Below, piece after piece: positions 7,586-16,680 of a stretch of 64,000 nucleotides of DNA. The notes beneath the pieces were generated by a model, which saw only the letters and a program-made list of their open reading frames with translations, was not told the origin of the DNA and searched no databases. Location of the stretch: positions 64,001 to 128,000 of the forward strand of contig CAWGJT010000001.1 in NCBI GenBank assembly GCA_963822965.1. The letters run 5' to 3'. The position numbers and the translations under genes are program-made. Every line of letters begins with the position of its first letter. The stretch's first letter is position 1. This DNA is from an uncultured delta proteobacterium. Lineage in GTDB: Bacteria > Myxococcota_A > UBA9160 > UBA4427.

Positions 7586-10147
7586 CTAGAGCCGGAAGCG
7601 CTCCACGTCCTCCCGCAGCGCGTTGGCCTGCTCGAGCAGCTGTCGCGCCACCTCCCGCACGCGACGGGCCGACTCCTGATTGCCTTCGCCCCGGGTCGAC
7701 AGCTCGTCGAGGAAGCCGCCGACCTGCCCGCTCGACCGGGTCTGGGACTGCAGGGCGCCGTGGATGGTCTCCGCGGCGCGGCGCACGCCCTCGACGCTCT
7801 CCCGGATGCGCAGGGTGCCGCGGGCCTGCTCGACGGTGGTCGCCTGGAGCTGCTGGGCGATGTCGCGCATGGCCTCCGTGGATCGCACCACCACCTCGTT
7901 GCCCCGATCCTGCTCCGCCGTCGCGCGCTGGATCGCGTCGACCCCACGCTTGACGGACTCCATCTGCTCGACCACGTAGCTCGAAGCCCGGGTCTGCTCC
8001 TGCACGGCCGACAGGATGTGGTCGATCCGCTCGCCGCTCTCCCGGGAGACCCGCGTGATCTCCTCCAGGGAAGCGCCGGCCTCGGCCGACAGGCGCACGC
8101 CCTCGGCGACGTTCGTCGACCCCGCGGAGATGGCCAGGGCGGCGTTCGCGCTCTCCTGCTGCACGGCCCGGATCAGGTCGCCGATCTCCTTCGTGCTCGA
8201 GAGCACCCGGTCGGCGAGGCCCTTGATCTCTTCGGCCACCACGGAGAAGGCACGCCCGTCCTCACCGGCCTGGGCGGCGATGATCGCCGCGTTGAGCGCG
8301 AGCAGGTTCGTCTCGTCGGCGACGTCGCCGATGACGTCGACGATCGTGCCGATCTCCTGGGCGCGCGCGCCGAGCCCCCGGATCACGCTCTCCGCGGAGT
8401 CCGTCGCGCTCCGGATCGACTCCATGCTCTCCACCGTCTGCCGGACCGTCTCGCGGCCGCGCTCGGCGGTCTCGACCACGCGGCGCGAACGCTCGGCGCT
8501 GTCGGCCGCCGCCGCATCCACCTCACGCATGGCGCCGGCCATCCGGCTCATGCTCGACGAGGTGTTCTCCGCCGCCTCGGCGAGCGAGCCCGTGTTCCGG
8601 GAGACCTCGCGCATGCTCTGGACACCCTGCTGGATGGCGCTCGACACCTCGTCCACCTTGCCGAAGAGCACGTTCGCGGTCTCCGCCAGCTGCTCGCCCG
8701 AGGTGCCGAGCTCGAGGATCGAGCTGCTGGCGTCCTCCACCAGCAGGTTCAGCTCCTGGGCGGAGGTGGCGATGTCCCGGCCCTGCTCGGAGAGGCCCTG
8801 GATGGCGCGCGCGCTCTCCACCACGCCGCGTCCCTGGGATTCGGCCGCGGCGGCGACGCTCTCCGAGACCGTCGCGGCTTCGGTCGCCGTGGCCTCCACG
8901 CGGTCCGCCGCCTCGGAGACGCGTCCGACGGTCGCCCGCAACGCGGCGGACATGCGCTCGAAGGAGCGCGCGAGCACGCCCAGCTCGTCCTCGGATTCGA
9001 ACACCTCGCGGAACCGGAGGTCCCCCGCCGCCACCCGCTCCGCGCTGGCACCGAGCTCCTGGGTGCCGGCACCCAGATCGCGCGAGAGCTCCTGGGCGAG
9101 GGCGAGCGCGATGGCCGCCGACAGCCCGAGGGTGAGACCGAAGCGGAGCCAGCCCGCGAGCGGCGAGGGCGAGATGGCCTCCCAAGGCTGCACGGCAACG
9201 ACGACCGGGCGTCCTTCTCCCAGGGAGCGCCAGGCGAACGCGTGGGGCGAATCGAAGGTCAGGCTGTTTCCCGCCGCTCCGCGAACCTCGGCCAGCTCGG
9301 AATCGAGCAGGGCGGCGGCTTCCCCGTCCACCACCCGACCGCTCTCCGGGTCGACGATCAGGAGCTGCGCCGCGATACCGAGCGCCGCGGCCTCCTCGTG
9401 CAGCCCGGCCAGCGCAGCGGGGTCTGCCTCCAGGGCTGCGGCCCGATGGTCGAGCCAGGCCGCCTGGATGCGGACGGCGTTCTCCTCCAGGGGCTGGCTG
9501 CCGTGGATCAGCGACACGAAGAGCGCGAAGGCGACGGTCACGAAGGTCACCCCGGTGACCGACCAGCGCAGCTTGCGGCCCACGTCGATGCGGCGCACCA
9601 GCGCCTGGCGCTCTCCGGGGTCGGGGATGCGCCGTCCGAGCTCGCGCAGCAGGCGCGCGTTGATCCGCTTCAGGCCGAAGAAGACGAAGACCGAGCACAC
9701 GAAGCCGCCGCCCGTCGCCGCGAGACTCATGGAGGCGAAGCGAAAGGCGCCGAACGCCTCGAAGCGCCAGGCCATCACCCCGGCGGTGAAGAAGCCCGCC
9801 GCGGTCCACCAGAAGAGTCCGCTCCGGAAGAACTGGAAGGGAAGGTCGGAGAGCGCCCGGAACGCCTCGCGCAAGCCGTCGGGCGTGGCCTCGCCCGCGA
9901 CCTCGGCGTCGAGATGGCGCTGCACGGGGCGAACCAGCGGGCGGTTCAGGAGACTCGTACCCACGAACATCAGGGGTCCGACCACGACCAGAATCCAGAG
10001 GAAGCCCCGCCACTCGACCGAGGACAGACGCACGAGTGCGTGGAAACACGCCGAGATGAGCCCGACGGCTACGGTGGACATGACGCCCAGGAAGAGCATC
10101 TGCCGTCTCAGGAATTCCGATCCCGAATCGAGTCGCCGATCTCCCAC
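7586..10147 (-). CDS. Methyl-accepting chemotaxis protein, long (about 64-heptad) class, multi-TM sensor plus HAMP
   Basis: IGDVADETNLLALNAAIIAAQAGEDGRAFSVVAEEI signalling tip; HAMP (AERVAAGDL...DELGVLARSFERM); about 225 aa on each arm of the hairpin. Confidence 0.95.
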   Translation of the reverse strand: MGDRRLDSGSEFLRRQMLFLGVMSTVAVGLISACFHALVRLSSVEWRGFLWILVVVGPLMFVGTSLLNRPLVRPVQRHLDAEVAGEATPDGLREAFRALSDLPFQFFRSGLFWWTAAGFFTAGVMAWRFEAFGAFRFASMSLAATGGGFVCSVFVFFGLKRINARLLRELGRRIPDPGERQALVRRIDVGRKLRWSVTGVTFVTVAFALFVSLIHGSQPLEENAVRIQAAWLDHRAAALEADPAALAGLHEEAAALGIAAQLLIVDPESGRVVDGEAAALLDSELAEVRGAAGNSLTFDSPHAFAWRSLGEGRPVVVAVQPWEAISPSPLAGWLRFGLTLGLSAAIALALAQELSRDLGAGTQELGASAERVAAGDLRFREVFESEDELGVLARSFERMSAALRATVGRVSEAADRVEATATEAATVSESVAAAAESQGRGVVESARAIQGLSEQGRDIATSAQELNLLVEDASSSILELGTSGEQLAETANVLFGKVDEVSSAIQQGVQSMREVSRNTGSLAEAAENTSSSMSRMAGAMREVDAAAADSAERSRRVVETAERGRETVRQTVESMESIRSATDSAESVIRGLGARAQEIGTIVDVIGDVADETNLLALNAAIIAAQAGEDGRAFSVVAEEIKGLADRVLSSTKEIGDLIRAVQQESANAALAISAGSTNVAEGVRLSAEAGASLEEITRVSRESGERIDHILSAVQEQTRASSYVVEQMESVKRGVDAIQRATAEQDRGNEVVVRSTEAMRDIAQQLQATTVEQARGTLRIRESVEGVRRAAETIHGALQSQTRSSGQVGGFLDELSTRGEGNQESARRVREVARQLLEQANALREDVERFRL

Positions 10148-10207
10148 GAAGAACCCGCCTTTGGAGCTCCAGCCCCCGCTGCGCCGGCCGGAACGGCGCT
10201 TCCCGCC

Positions 10208-10585
10208 CTACTCGAGCTTGAGCAGGCTCTTGGCCACGGCGAGCACCTTGTTCGACTGGATGGGCTTCGTCAGGTACTCGTTGGCGCCGAGGGAGAGCGC
10301 GCGCTCCCGATCCTCACTGGCTCCCTCCGTGGTGATCACGCAGATCGACATGCCTTCGAGGCTCTGCTCTCCGCGGATCAGGGAGATGAGCTTGAGTCCG
10401 TCCATCACCGGCATGTTGATGTCCACGAAGGCGAGGTCGAAGTGGTCGCTGGTCACCTTGCGAAGACCGTCCATCCCGTCGCTGGCTTCGACGATGTCCA
10501 CGTCCTTCAGCCGTTTGAGCGCGAACAGGAGCAGCTGCCGCATCGTCGGGCTGTCTTCGACGATCAGAATTCGATGCTCGGCCAT
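10208..10585 (-). CDS. cheY: CheY-like single-domain response regulator
   Basis: ILIVEDS...FVDINMPVMDG...ITTE...YLTKP. Confidence 0.9.
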   Translation of the reverse strand: MAEHRILIVEDSPTMRQLLLFALKRLKDVDIVEASDGMDGLRKVTSDHFDLAFVDINMPVMDGLKLISLIRGEQSLEGMSICVITTEGASEDRERALSLGANEYLTKPIQSNKVLAVAKSLLKLE

Positions 10586-10625
10586 GATGAACTCCTTGCA
10601 GGCGCCGCCCGGTGGCGGCCACGAA

Positions 10626-11456
10626 TCACTTCGTGAGAAGGTCGATGAATCCCTGGATGGTGGAGAGCTTCCGCTCGGACTGCGCGTAGAGCCGCGACGC
10701 GAAGATGGCCGTCGCGGCGTGCCCCGCAAGCAACGTGAAGAGCTCGTGATCCAACGCCGAGAAGCCGGACTTCTGTTGCAGCAGGCTGTGGACCGCGATG
10801 GCGCCGACCGGCAGGTCCTCCACCTTGAGCGGAATCGCGACGATCGGCACCGACTCGACCGGATTCCCCGCGTCCCGGGACGTCATGTCGTGGCAGACCA
10901 CGTTCCCCGTCTCCACCGCCTCTCCCACCGGCCCCCGCCCGATCTCCAGCTCGGGGAACAAATCCAGGTCGGCGCCCTCCGAAGCCACCGGCTCCAGGGA
11001 GCGCGAGTCATCCTGGCAGACGTAGACGCAGAAGACCTCCGCACCGATCAGGTTGATCACGATCTCGACGATCACCCGCAGGACCTCGCTCGGGTCGAGC
11101 GTCGAGTGGAGCTGGTAGGACGCGACGTAGAGGTTCGCGAGGTTGTTGTTCTCCTCCTCGATCTCGATGTAGCGATCCGCAAACTGCTGGTTCTCGGACT
11201 CGACGGCCCGCAGCTGCTCCATGATGTCGCGATTCTCGGCCTCGAGGTTCTCGATGCGGTTGATCAGCTCGTAGCGGAGCTTCTCCCAGTCTCCGGGAGA
11301 CTGCGCCGCTTCGTGCTGCCGCGCCTCGATGGCGTTGATGCGACCCCGCAGGCGCTCGTTCTCCGCCAGGAGCTCCCTGGTGAACTCGGCGCCCCGGTGG
11401 AAGATCGCGAGCACGGCTTCGCCGCGATCGACGCTGTCTCCCTTGCCGTCGCTCAT
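10626..11456 (-). CDS. Coiled-coil plus GAF domain protein
   Basis: Heptad-rich N-terminus, then LYVASYQLHSTLD...GRGPVGEA...IPLKVEDLPVGAI...LAGHAATAI GAF pattern; no output domain. Confidence 0.85.
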   Translation of the reverse strand: MSDGKGDSVDRGEAVLAIFHRGAEFTRELLAENERLRGRINAIEARQHEAAQSPGDWEKLRYELINRIENLEAENRDIMEQLRAVESENQQFADRYIEIEEENNNLANLYVASYQLHSTLDPSEVLRVIVEIVINLIGAEVFCVYVCQDDSRSLEPVASEGADLDLFPELEIGRGPVGEAVETGNVVCHDMTSRDAGNPVESVPIVAIPLKVEDLPVGAIAVHSLLQQKSGFSALDHELFTLLAGHAATAIFASRLYAQSERKLSTIQGFIDLLTK

Positions 11457-12550
11457 TGCGTTTCCTTTCCGGGTGCGGGGCCCTGGGAGTCCCGCGCGAG
11501 GCCCGACTGGATCGCCGTCGGGATCTGGCCCAGCGGGAGCACCCGGTCCACGAAGCCGGACCGGATCACCTGCTGGGGCATGCCAAAGATGACCGCCGAT
11601 TCCTCGGACTCGGCGATCACGGTTCCGCCCGCCCGCTTCACCGCCTCCGCGCCGCGGCGGCCGTCGTCTCCCATTCCGGTGAGGACCACGGCGAGCAGGT
11701 CCGCACCGAAGTGCTTCGCGGCCGATTCGAAGAGGCGATCCACCGACGGGCTGTACTTGTCCCCGGGCTCGCTGCCGGACACGCGCGTGACCACCCGCCC
11801 CTTGCGATTCTCGAGCTCGAGGTGATGGCCGCCGGGTGCCACCCACACGGAGCCGGCGACCAACGGCTCGCCGCCCGCGGCCTCGCGCACGAAGAAGGGC
11901 GTGAGGCGGTCGAGGCGCTCCGCGAACCCCTTAGTGAAGCCTTCGGGCATGTGCTGCGCCACCAGGAACGAGCAGTGGGGTGGCTCCGAAAAAGCCGCGA
12001 AGGTCTGCATCAGCGCGCTGGGCCCACCCGTGGACGACCCGATCACCACCACGGGCGCGGCGGGCACCTGCACCACCTCGCTCGCCGACGACAACCGGGG
12101 CAGTGCCGGAGGCGGCGCCACGATGCGATCGCGGACCTTCTCGATGCGCAGGTCCCGGATGGCGTGGACCTTCCGGATGAGCTCGGAACGGATCGTCTGC
12201 AGCTCGGGCGTCGCGCGGGACGTCGGCTTCGCCAGAAAGTCGACGGCGCCGAGATCGAGCGCCTTGAACACGTCCTGCTCGCCGGCCTGGCCGCTGATCA
12301 CCATGACCGGCGTCGGGCGCTTGTTCATCACCAGCCGCAAGAACGTGAACCCGTCCATGCGCGGCATCTCGAGATCCAGGGTGATCAGGTCGGGATGCAG
12401 GTCGAAGGTCTTGCGCAGGGCGTCTTCGCCGTCACGCGCGACCCCCACCACCTCGACGAGCGGGGAGGTCTGCAGCATGCGCGTGATGGTCTGACGGCTG
12501 AACGCCGAGTCGTCGATCACGAGGACGCGGATGCGGTCGCGCTGCGTCAT
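11453..12550 (-). CDS. cheB: Chemotaxis methylesterase CheB (REC plus methylesterase)
   Basis: DDSAFSR receiver; GSSTGG, QHMP and LTGMGDDG catalytic S/H/D motifs. Confidence 0.96.
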   Translation of the reverse strand: MTQRDRIRVLVIDDSAFSRQTITRMLQTSPLVEVVGVARDGEDALRKTFDLHPDLITLDLEMPRMDGFTFLRLVMNKRPTPVMVISGQAGEQDVFKALDLGAVDFLAKPTSRATPELQTIRSELIRKVHAIRDLRIEKVRDRIVAPPPALPRLSSASEVVQVPAAPVVVIGSSTGGPSALMQTFAAFSEPPHCSFLVAQHMPEGFTKGFAERLDRLTPFFVREAAGGEPLVAGSVWVAPGGHHLELENRKGRVVTRVSGSEPGDKYSPSVDRLFESAAKHFGADLLAVVLTGMGDDGRRGAEAVKRAGGTVIAESEESAVIFGMPQQVIRSGFVDRVLPLGQIPTAIQSGLARDSQGPAPGKETQ

Positions 12551-13473
12551 TCGCGCTCCCTCCTCGAAACCGAAGCGGCGGCGGCCTCGGCGATCTGGTG
12601 CCAGCTGTCGGGCCGCTCCTCGCCGGGCACGGGCCGCCGGTAGACCAGGTCGCGCTTCAGGTGCGAGAGCTCGAACGCGCTCGAAACGTTGATCAGGGAC
12701 TCCGAATGCCCCAGAAGCAGGTATCCGCCCGGGCGCAGACGGTCGTAGAAGGTCTGGATCACGCGACGCTTCGTCTCGGCGTCGAAGTAGATGATGACGT
12801 TGCGGCAGAGGATCACGTCCATCGCGCCCAGCAGCGCGATCTTCGAGTCGTCGAGCAGGTTCAGGTGGATGAAGTCGACGTGCTTCTTCACGTCGTCGCA
12901 GATGCGGAAGAGCCCGTCCTTCTCGACGAAGTAGCGGGCGCGCAGGGCGTCGCTGGTCTCCCGGAACGAAGACTCGCGATAGACGCCCCGGCGCGACTTC
13001 GTGAGCACCGGTCGCGAGATGTCCGAAGCGTAGACCCGCAGGTCCCGACCCGGCTCGAGGCCCGCCTCCATCGCGAGCGCGATCACGCTGTAGGGCTCCT
13101 CGCCGCTGCTGCAGCCCGCGGACCAGATGGAGACGGGTCGCGTCGAGCCCGGCGCCCGCTGCAGGAGCAGCTCCGGGATGATCTCGCCGACGAGGGCCTG
13201 CAGCTGGCCCCGTTCCCGGAAGAAGTAGGTCTCGTTGGTCGTGATCAGATCGACGAGGGTCGCCATCTCCTCGTCTCCACCCGTGCTGCGCAGGGCGTAG
13301 AGATAGGCGGTGAAGCCGCCGAGCCCCAGCTCGCGGATCCGTCGGCCGACGCGCTTCTCGAGCAGGAAGCGCGAGGACTCGTCGAAATGCAGCCCGCAAT
13401 GGTTCCGCAGGAGCTCGCCGAAGAGGCGGAACTCCGCGTCGCTGATCACGAGCGCTTCGTTCGGATCCGGCAT
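12547..13473 (-). CDS. cheR: Chemotaxis methyltransferase CheR
   Basis: TTNETYFFRE, IWSAGCSSGEEPYS, CRNVIIYFD, LGHSESL. Confidence 0.96.
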   Translation of the reverse strand: MPDPNEALVISDAEFRLFGELLRNHCGLHFDESSRFLLEKRVGRRIRELGLGGFTAYLYALRSTGGDEEMATLVDLITTNETYFFRERGQLQALVGEIIPELLLQRAPGSTRPVSIWSAGCSSGEEPYSVIALAMEAGLEPGRDLRVYASDISRPVLTKSRRGVYRESSFRETSDALRARYFVEKDGLFRICDDVKKHVDFIHLNLLDDSKIALLGAMDVILCRNVIIYFDAETKRRVIQTFYDRLRPGGYLLLGHSESLINVSSAFELSHLKRDLVYRRPVPGEERPDSWHQIAEAAAASVSRRERE

Positions 13474-13483
13474 CACCGGCGCC

Positions 13484-15601
13484 TCACTCCTCGAGCCTGC
13501 GCAACGCACGCACGATCACGTCGCGGACGAAGGAATCCTGCTCGGTCTCGAGACGCCGGAGGATGGCGGGCAGCGCTCGGGCCACACCGCGATCGGCGAG
13601 GGTCTGGATCGCCTCTCCGCGCACCGCCCAGCTCGGATGCTGGACCACGGCGATCAGCTCGCACAGCGTCTCCCGATCGCCTTGACGCCCCACGCAGCCG
13701 ACCGCGGCCTGCACGATCTCCGGCTCGGAACGCTCCAGCGCGACCGCCGCAACGCGCGCCGCCTCGGGTCCACCGATGGCCTCGAGCGCGTCGAGCGCGG
13801 CCAGCGCGACCACGCCGTCCCGCCCTTCTCCGGGTCGATCCGACGCACGCAGGGAATCCTCGAGCAGGCGCAGGGCCAGCTCGAGATCCTCCGGATGGCT
13901 CTCCTGTCCGGCCGCGCAGTGCGTCCCGATGCCGCGCAGCGCGGCCGCGGCCACCCGGGGGTCTTCGTCCACGAGCAGCCGTTGGAGATCGGACAGGACC
14001 GACGGCGAAGGCGCCGCGCCGAGGGCGAACGCAGCCGCCACGCGCACCAGGGGAGACTCGTCTGCCAGGGCCAGGCGCATGGGCTCGGCCGCGGTCTCCG
14101 GATCGAGTCGCACGAGCCCGCCCACCGCCAGCCGCCGCACCCGGGCGCTGGGATCGCGAAGCAACGCGATCATGCGGTCCGCGTCCTGGGGGCGCGCGAT
14201 CTCGGCGAGCACCGCGGCAGCCGCCCGGCGCACCGACTCCACCGGGCTCTCGAGCCGGGGGCCGAGCTGCTCGACGGTATCGTCCACCAGGTCCGCGCGG
14301 CACGAGTGGCCGAGCTCGATCAGGGCACCCACCAGGGCCTCGACCTCGTCCTGGGCCTCGAGCTCGTCCTCCTGGGCGGCGACCTCGAGGCGGTGCACCA
14401 GGTCGGCGAGCGACTCGCCGGAGCACCGTGCGCCCAGCGCCCGCGCTGCCTCGGTACGAAGCTCGGCGTCGGAATCCTTGAGGGCTTCCAGCAGCCGGTC
14501 GTTCGCGGCGTCCCCCGGCAGCCGTGCGAACAGCGCACAACAGCTGCGGCGCAGCTCCCCGTCGAAGCCCGGCCAGGCGTCGTCGAGCGCCCGCTCGGCA
14601 ACCGTGCCGAGGGCCTCGAGGGTGGCGTGCGCCACCTCGGCGATCGCCTCGTCGCGCCCCGCCTCGAGGATGGGACGAACGCACTCGGGCGTGCCGGCCA
14701 GTCCCAGGAACTGCACGATCATGAGACGCGTGGCGAGGTCCGCTTCGCCGAGTCGCTCGACGGCCGCCTCCAGGAAGCCCCCGGTCGAGACCGCGGTCTC
14801 CCGGATGCGCAACGTCAGATGCTCGGCGGCGTCGGGACCGCCGCGCCCGAGCCGAGCCAGCAGCGCTTCCATCGCCGCCTCGCGGCTCGCGCGCGACGAG
14901 CTGGCGAGGCCCTTGAGGAGCAGGTCCTCGGCGCCATCGTCCTCGCAGGCGCCGAGCAGCGCGAAGGCGGCGGGTCGCAGGACCGGATCGGCCACCACTC
15001 CCTGCAGCTCCGCGGACGGCACCGAGACGTCGAGACGCGCGAGCGCCCGGAGCGCGGAGAAGCGGACGAGCAGCTCCTCATCGCCCCGGATCGCGGTGGC
15101 GTGCAGCGCCGCGGCGCTCTCGTCGCCACCCAGCACCCCCAGCGCATCGGCCGCAGCGGCGCGCACGTTCGGGTCCTCGTCGGCGAGCGCCCCGACGAGG
15201 GGACCTCGCGCGGAGACGTCGCCGATTCCCGCCATGGCGTCCACGACCAGCTTCCGGACGTCGATGTCGTCGGTGCCCAGGGCCTCTACGAGCCGCGGGA
15301 CCACCACCGGACCGCAGGCCATCAACGCCTCCACGGCCGAGTTCCGCCGTCCGGGATTGTCGCCGTCGGCGAGCGCCTCGATCAGCGCGGCGGCGACGGC
15401 GTCCGCCTCGGCCGAGCCGACGAGGCGTTCTACGGCGGCCTTGCGGACGCGCCAGCTCAGGTCCCCGAGGCTCTCGACCAGGCGCGGAATCGCCTCGCGC
15501 GCGGGGAGGGAAGACAGCCGCTCCACCGCCAGGCGCCGGATCTCCTCGTCCTCGCTTCGCAGATCCTCGAGGATCGCCGTGCGCTCGCGATCGGCGCTCA
15601 T
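13484..15601 (-). CDS. HEAT-repeat (PBS lyase-like) protein
   Basis: Many LxDxxxxVRxxAxxALG repeats over about 705 aa; embedded in the che cluster. Confidence 0.88.
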   Translation of the reverse strand: MSADRERTAILEDLRSEDEEIRRLAVERLSSLPAREAIPRLVESLGDLSWRVRKAAVERLVGSAEADAVAAALIEALADGDNPGRRNSAVEALMACGPVVVPRLVEALGTDDIDVRKLVVDAMAGIGDVSARGPLVGALADEDPNVRAAAADALGVLGGDESAAALHATAIRGDEELLVRFSALRALARLDVSVPSAELQGVVADPVLRPAAFALLGACEDDGAEDLLLKGLASSSRASREAAMEALLARLGRGGPDAAEHLTLRIRETAVSTGGFLEAAVERLGEADLATRLMIVQFLGLAGTPECVRPILEAGRDEAIAEVAHATLEALGTVAERALDDAWPGFDGELRRSCCALFARLPGDAANDRLLEALKDSDAELRTEAARALGARCSGESLADLVHRLEVAAQEDELEAQDEVEALVGALIELGHSCRADLVDDTVEQLGPRLESPVESVRRAAAAVLAEIARPQDADRMIALLRDPSARVRRLAVGGLVRLDPETAAEPMRLALADESPLVRVAAAFALGAAPSPSVLSDLQRLLVDEDPRVAAAALRGIGTHCAAGQESHPEDLELALRLLEDSLRASDRPGEGRDGVVALAALDALEAIGGPEAARVAAVALERSEPEIVQAAVGCVGRQGDRETLCELIAVVQHPSWAVRGEAIQTLADRGVARALPAILRRLETEQDSFVRDVIVRALRRLEE

Positions 15602-16626
15602 CTTCCGGCCCGCTCGCGAGCGACGCGCTGCAGCTCGTCCATGATGAAGTCCCTCTCGTCTCGAACCCGGGGATCGACACGCTGCGCGAAGAAGCCGCGG
15701 CCTTCGTGCAGCGCCGAATCGAGGGCCTCGGCGATGCGCCCGGAAGCCAGTCCCGCCTGGAACTCCTCGGGGTGGTAGAGCAGGATGTCGGACACGATGA
15801 TGCGTGCGAGCCGCTCGGCGTTCGCACGCTGCTCCGCCAGGGCGTCGTCTTGCGGCGCGGCCGGCTGCGCGGGCGCGACCGGCTGCGCGGGCGCGGCCGG
15901 CTGCGCGGGGGCCGCCGGCTGAGGCTGCATCGGCTGCGGCGCGGGCGCCTGCGGCGGGGCCGCAGCCGGCGGGGCGGGGGCGGCGGCCTGGCCGGCCAGG
16001 CGATAGCCGAAGCGCTCGAGCACCGGCGCGAGCCCGTCGGGCAGCTCGGGCTTCTCCATGTACGCGTCCGCACCATAGAGCTCGCTGGGCGGGCGGCGGT
16101 ATCGATCCTGGTGATGCACCGAGCCCACCAGGACGACGTGCATCGGGCGCAGACTCTCGTTGCGCTTCACCATCTCGCAGATCTGGAAGCCGTACATCTT
16201 CGGCAGCGCCGCATCCAGGATGGCGGCGCGCGGCAGCATGCGCTGGATGGTCAGCAGCGCTTCCACACCGTCGTGCACCAGGACGGGCTGGAGGCCCCAG
16301 GAGGCCAGCGTGCTCATCACCCGCTTGCCCGTCTCGACGTCGGGATCCGCGACCAGCACCAGGCGATCCCGATCCACGGGCGTGGCAGCGTCCGCGTATC
16401 CGGACGGAGCGACGGGCCGGGTCTGCGGCGGCGCCGGGGCCCGAGCCGGCTCGGGAGCCGGAGCGGTCCGGGGCGCCTGCACCGGGGCGGCCGGCGGAGC
16501 CGCGGCGGGGGCGCGCACGCGGAAGACCGCCTGGCACTTCGCACAGCGAAGACGCGCACCTTCCGGCGACAGACGTTCCGCGTCGACCCGGTACTTCGCC
16601 TGGCACTTCGGACAAGCCGCAATCAT
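15598..16626 (-). CDS. Zinc-ribbon plus receiver domain plus conserved helical C-terminal domain protein
   Basis: CPKCQAKY...RCAKCQAVF (MJ0042-type finger); ILDAALPKMYG...YMEKP receiver; PAAPAQ linker; AERLARIIVSDILLY tail. Confidence 0.85.
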   Translation of the reverse strand: MIAACPKCQAKYRVDAERLSPEGARLRCAKCQAVFRVRAPAAAPPAAPVQAPRTAPAPEPARAPAPPQTRPVAPSGYADAATPVDRDRLVLVADPDVETGKRVMSTLASWGLQPVLVHDGVEALLTIQRMLPRAAILDAALPKMYGFQICEMVKRNESLRPMHVVLVGSVHHQDRYRRPPSELYGADAYMEKPELPDGLAPVLERFGYRLAGQAAAPAPPAAAPPQAPAPQPMQPQPAAPAQPAAPAQPVAPAQPAAPQDDALAEQRANAERLARIIVSDILLYHPEEFQAGLASGRIAEALDSALHEGRGFFAQRVDPRVRDERDFIMDELQRVARERAGR

Positions 16627-16680
16627 TGCCACACTCCTTCCTGCGTTCCCTCGAGTCGCCCGCGCCCACGCGACGCCCGC

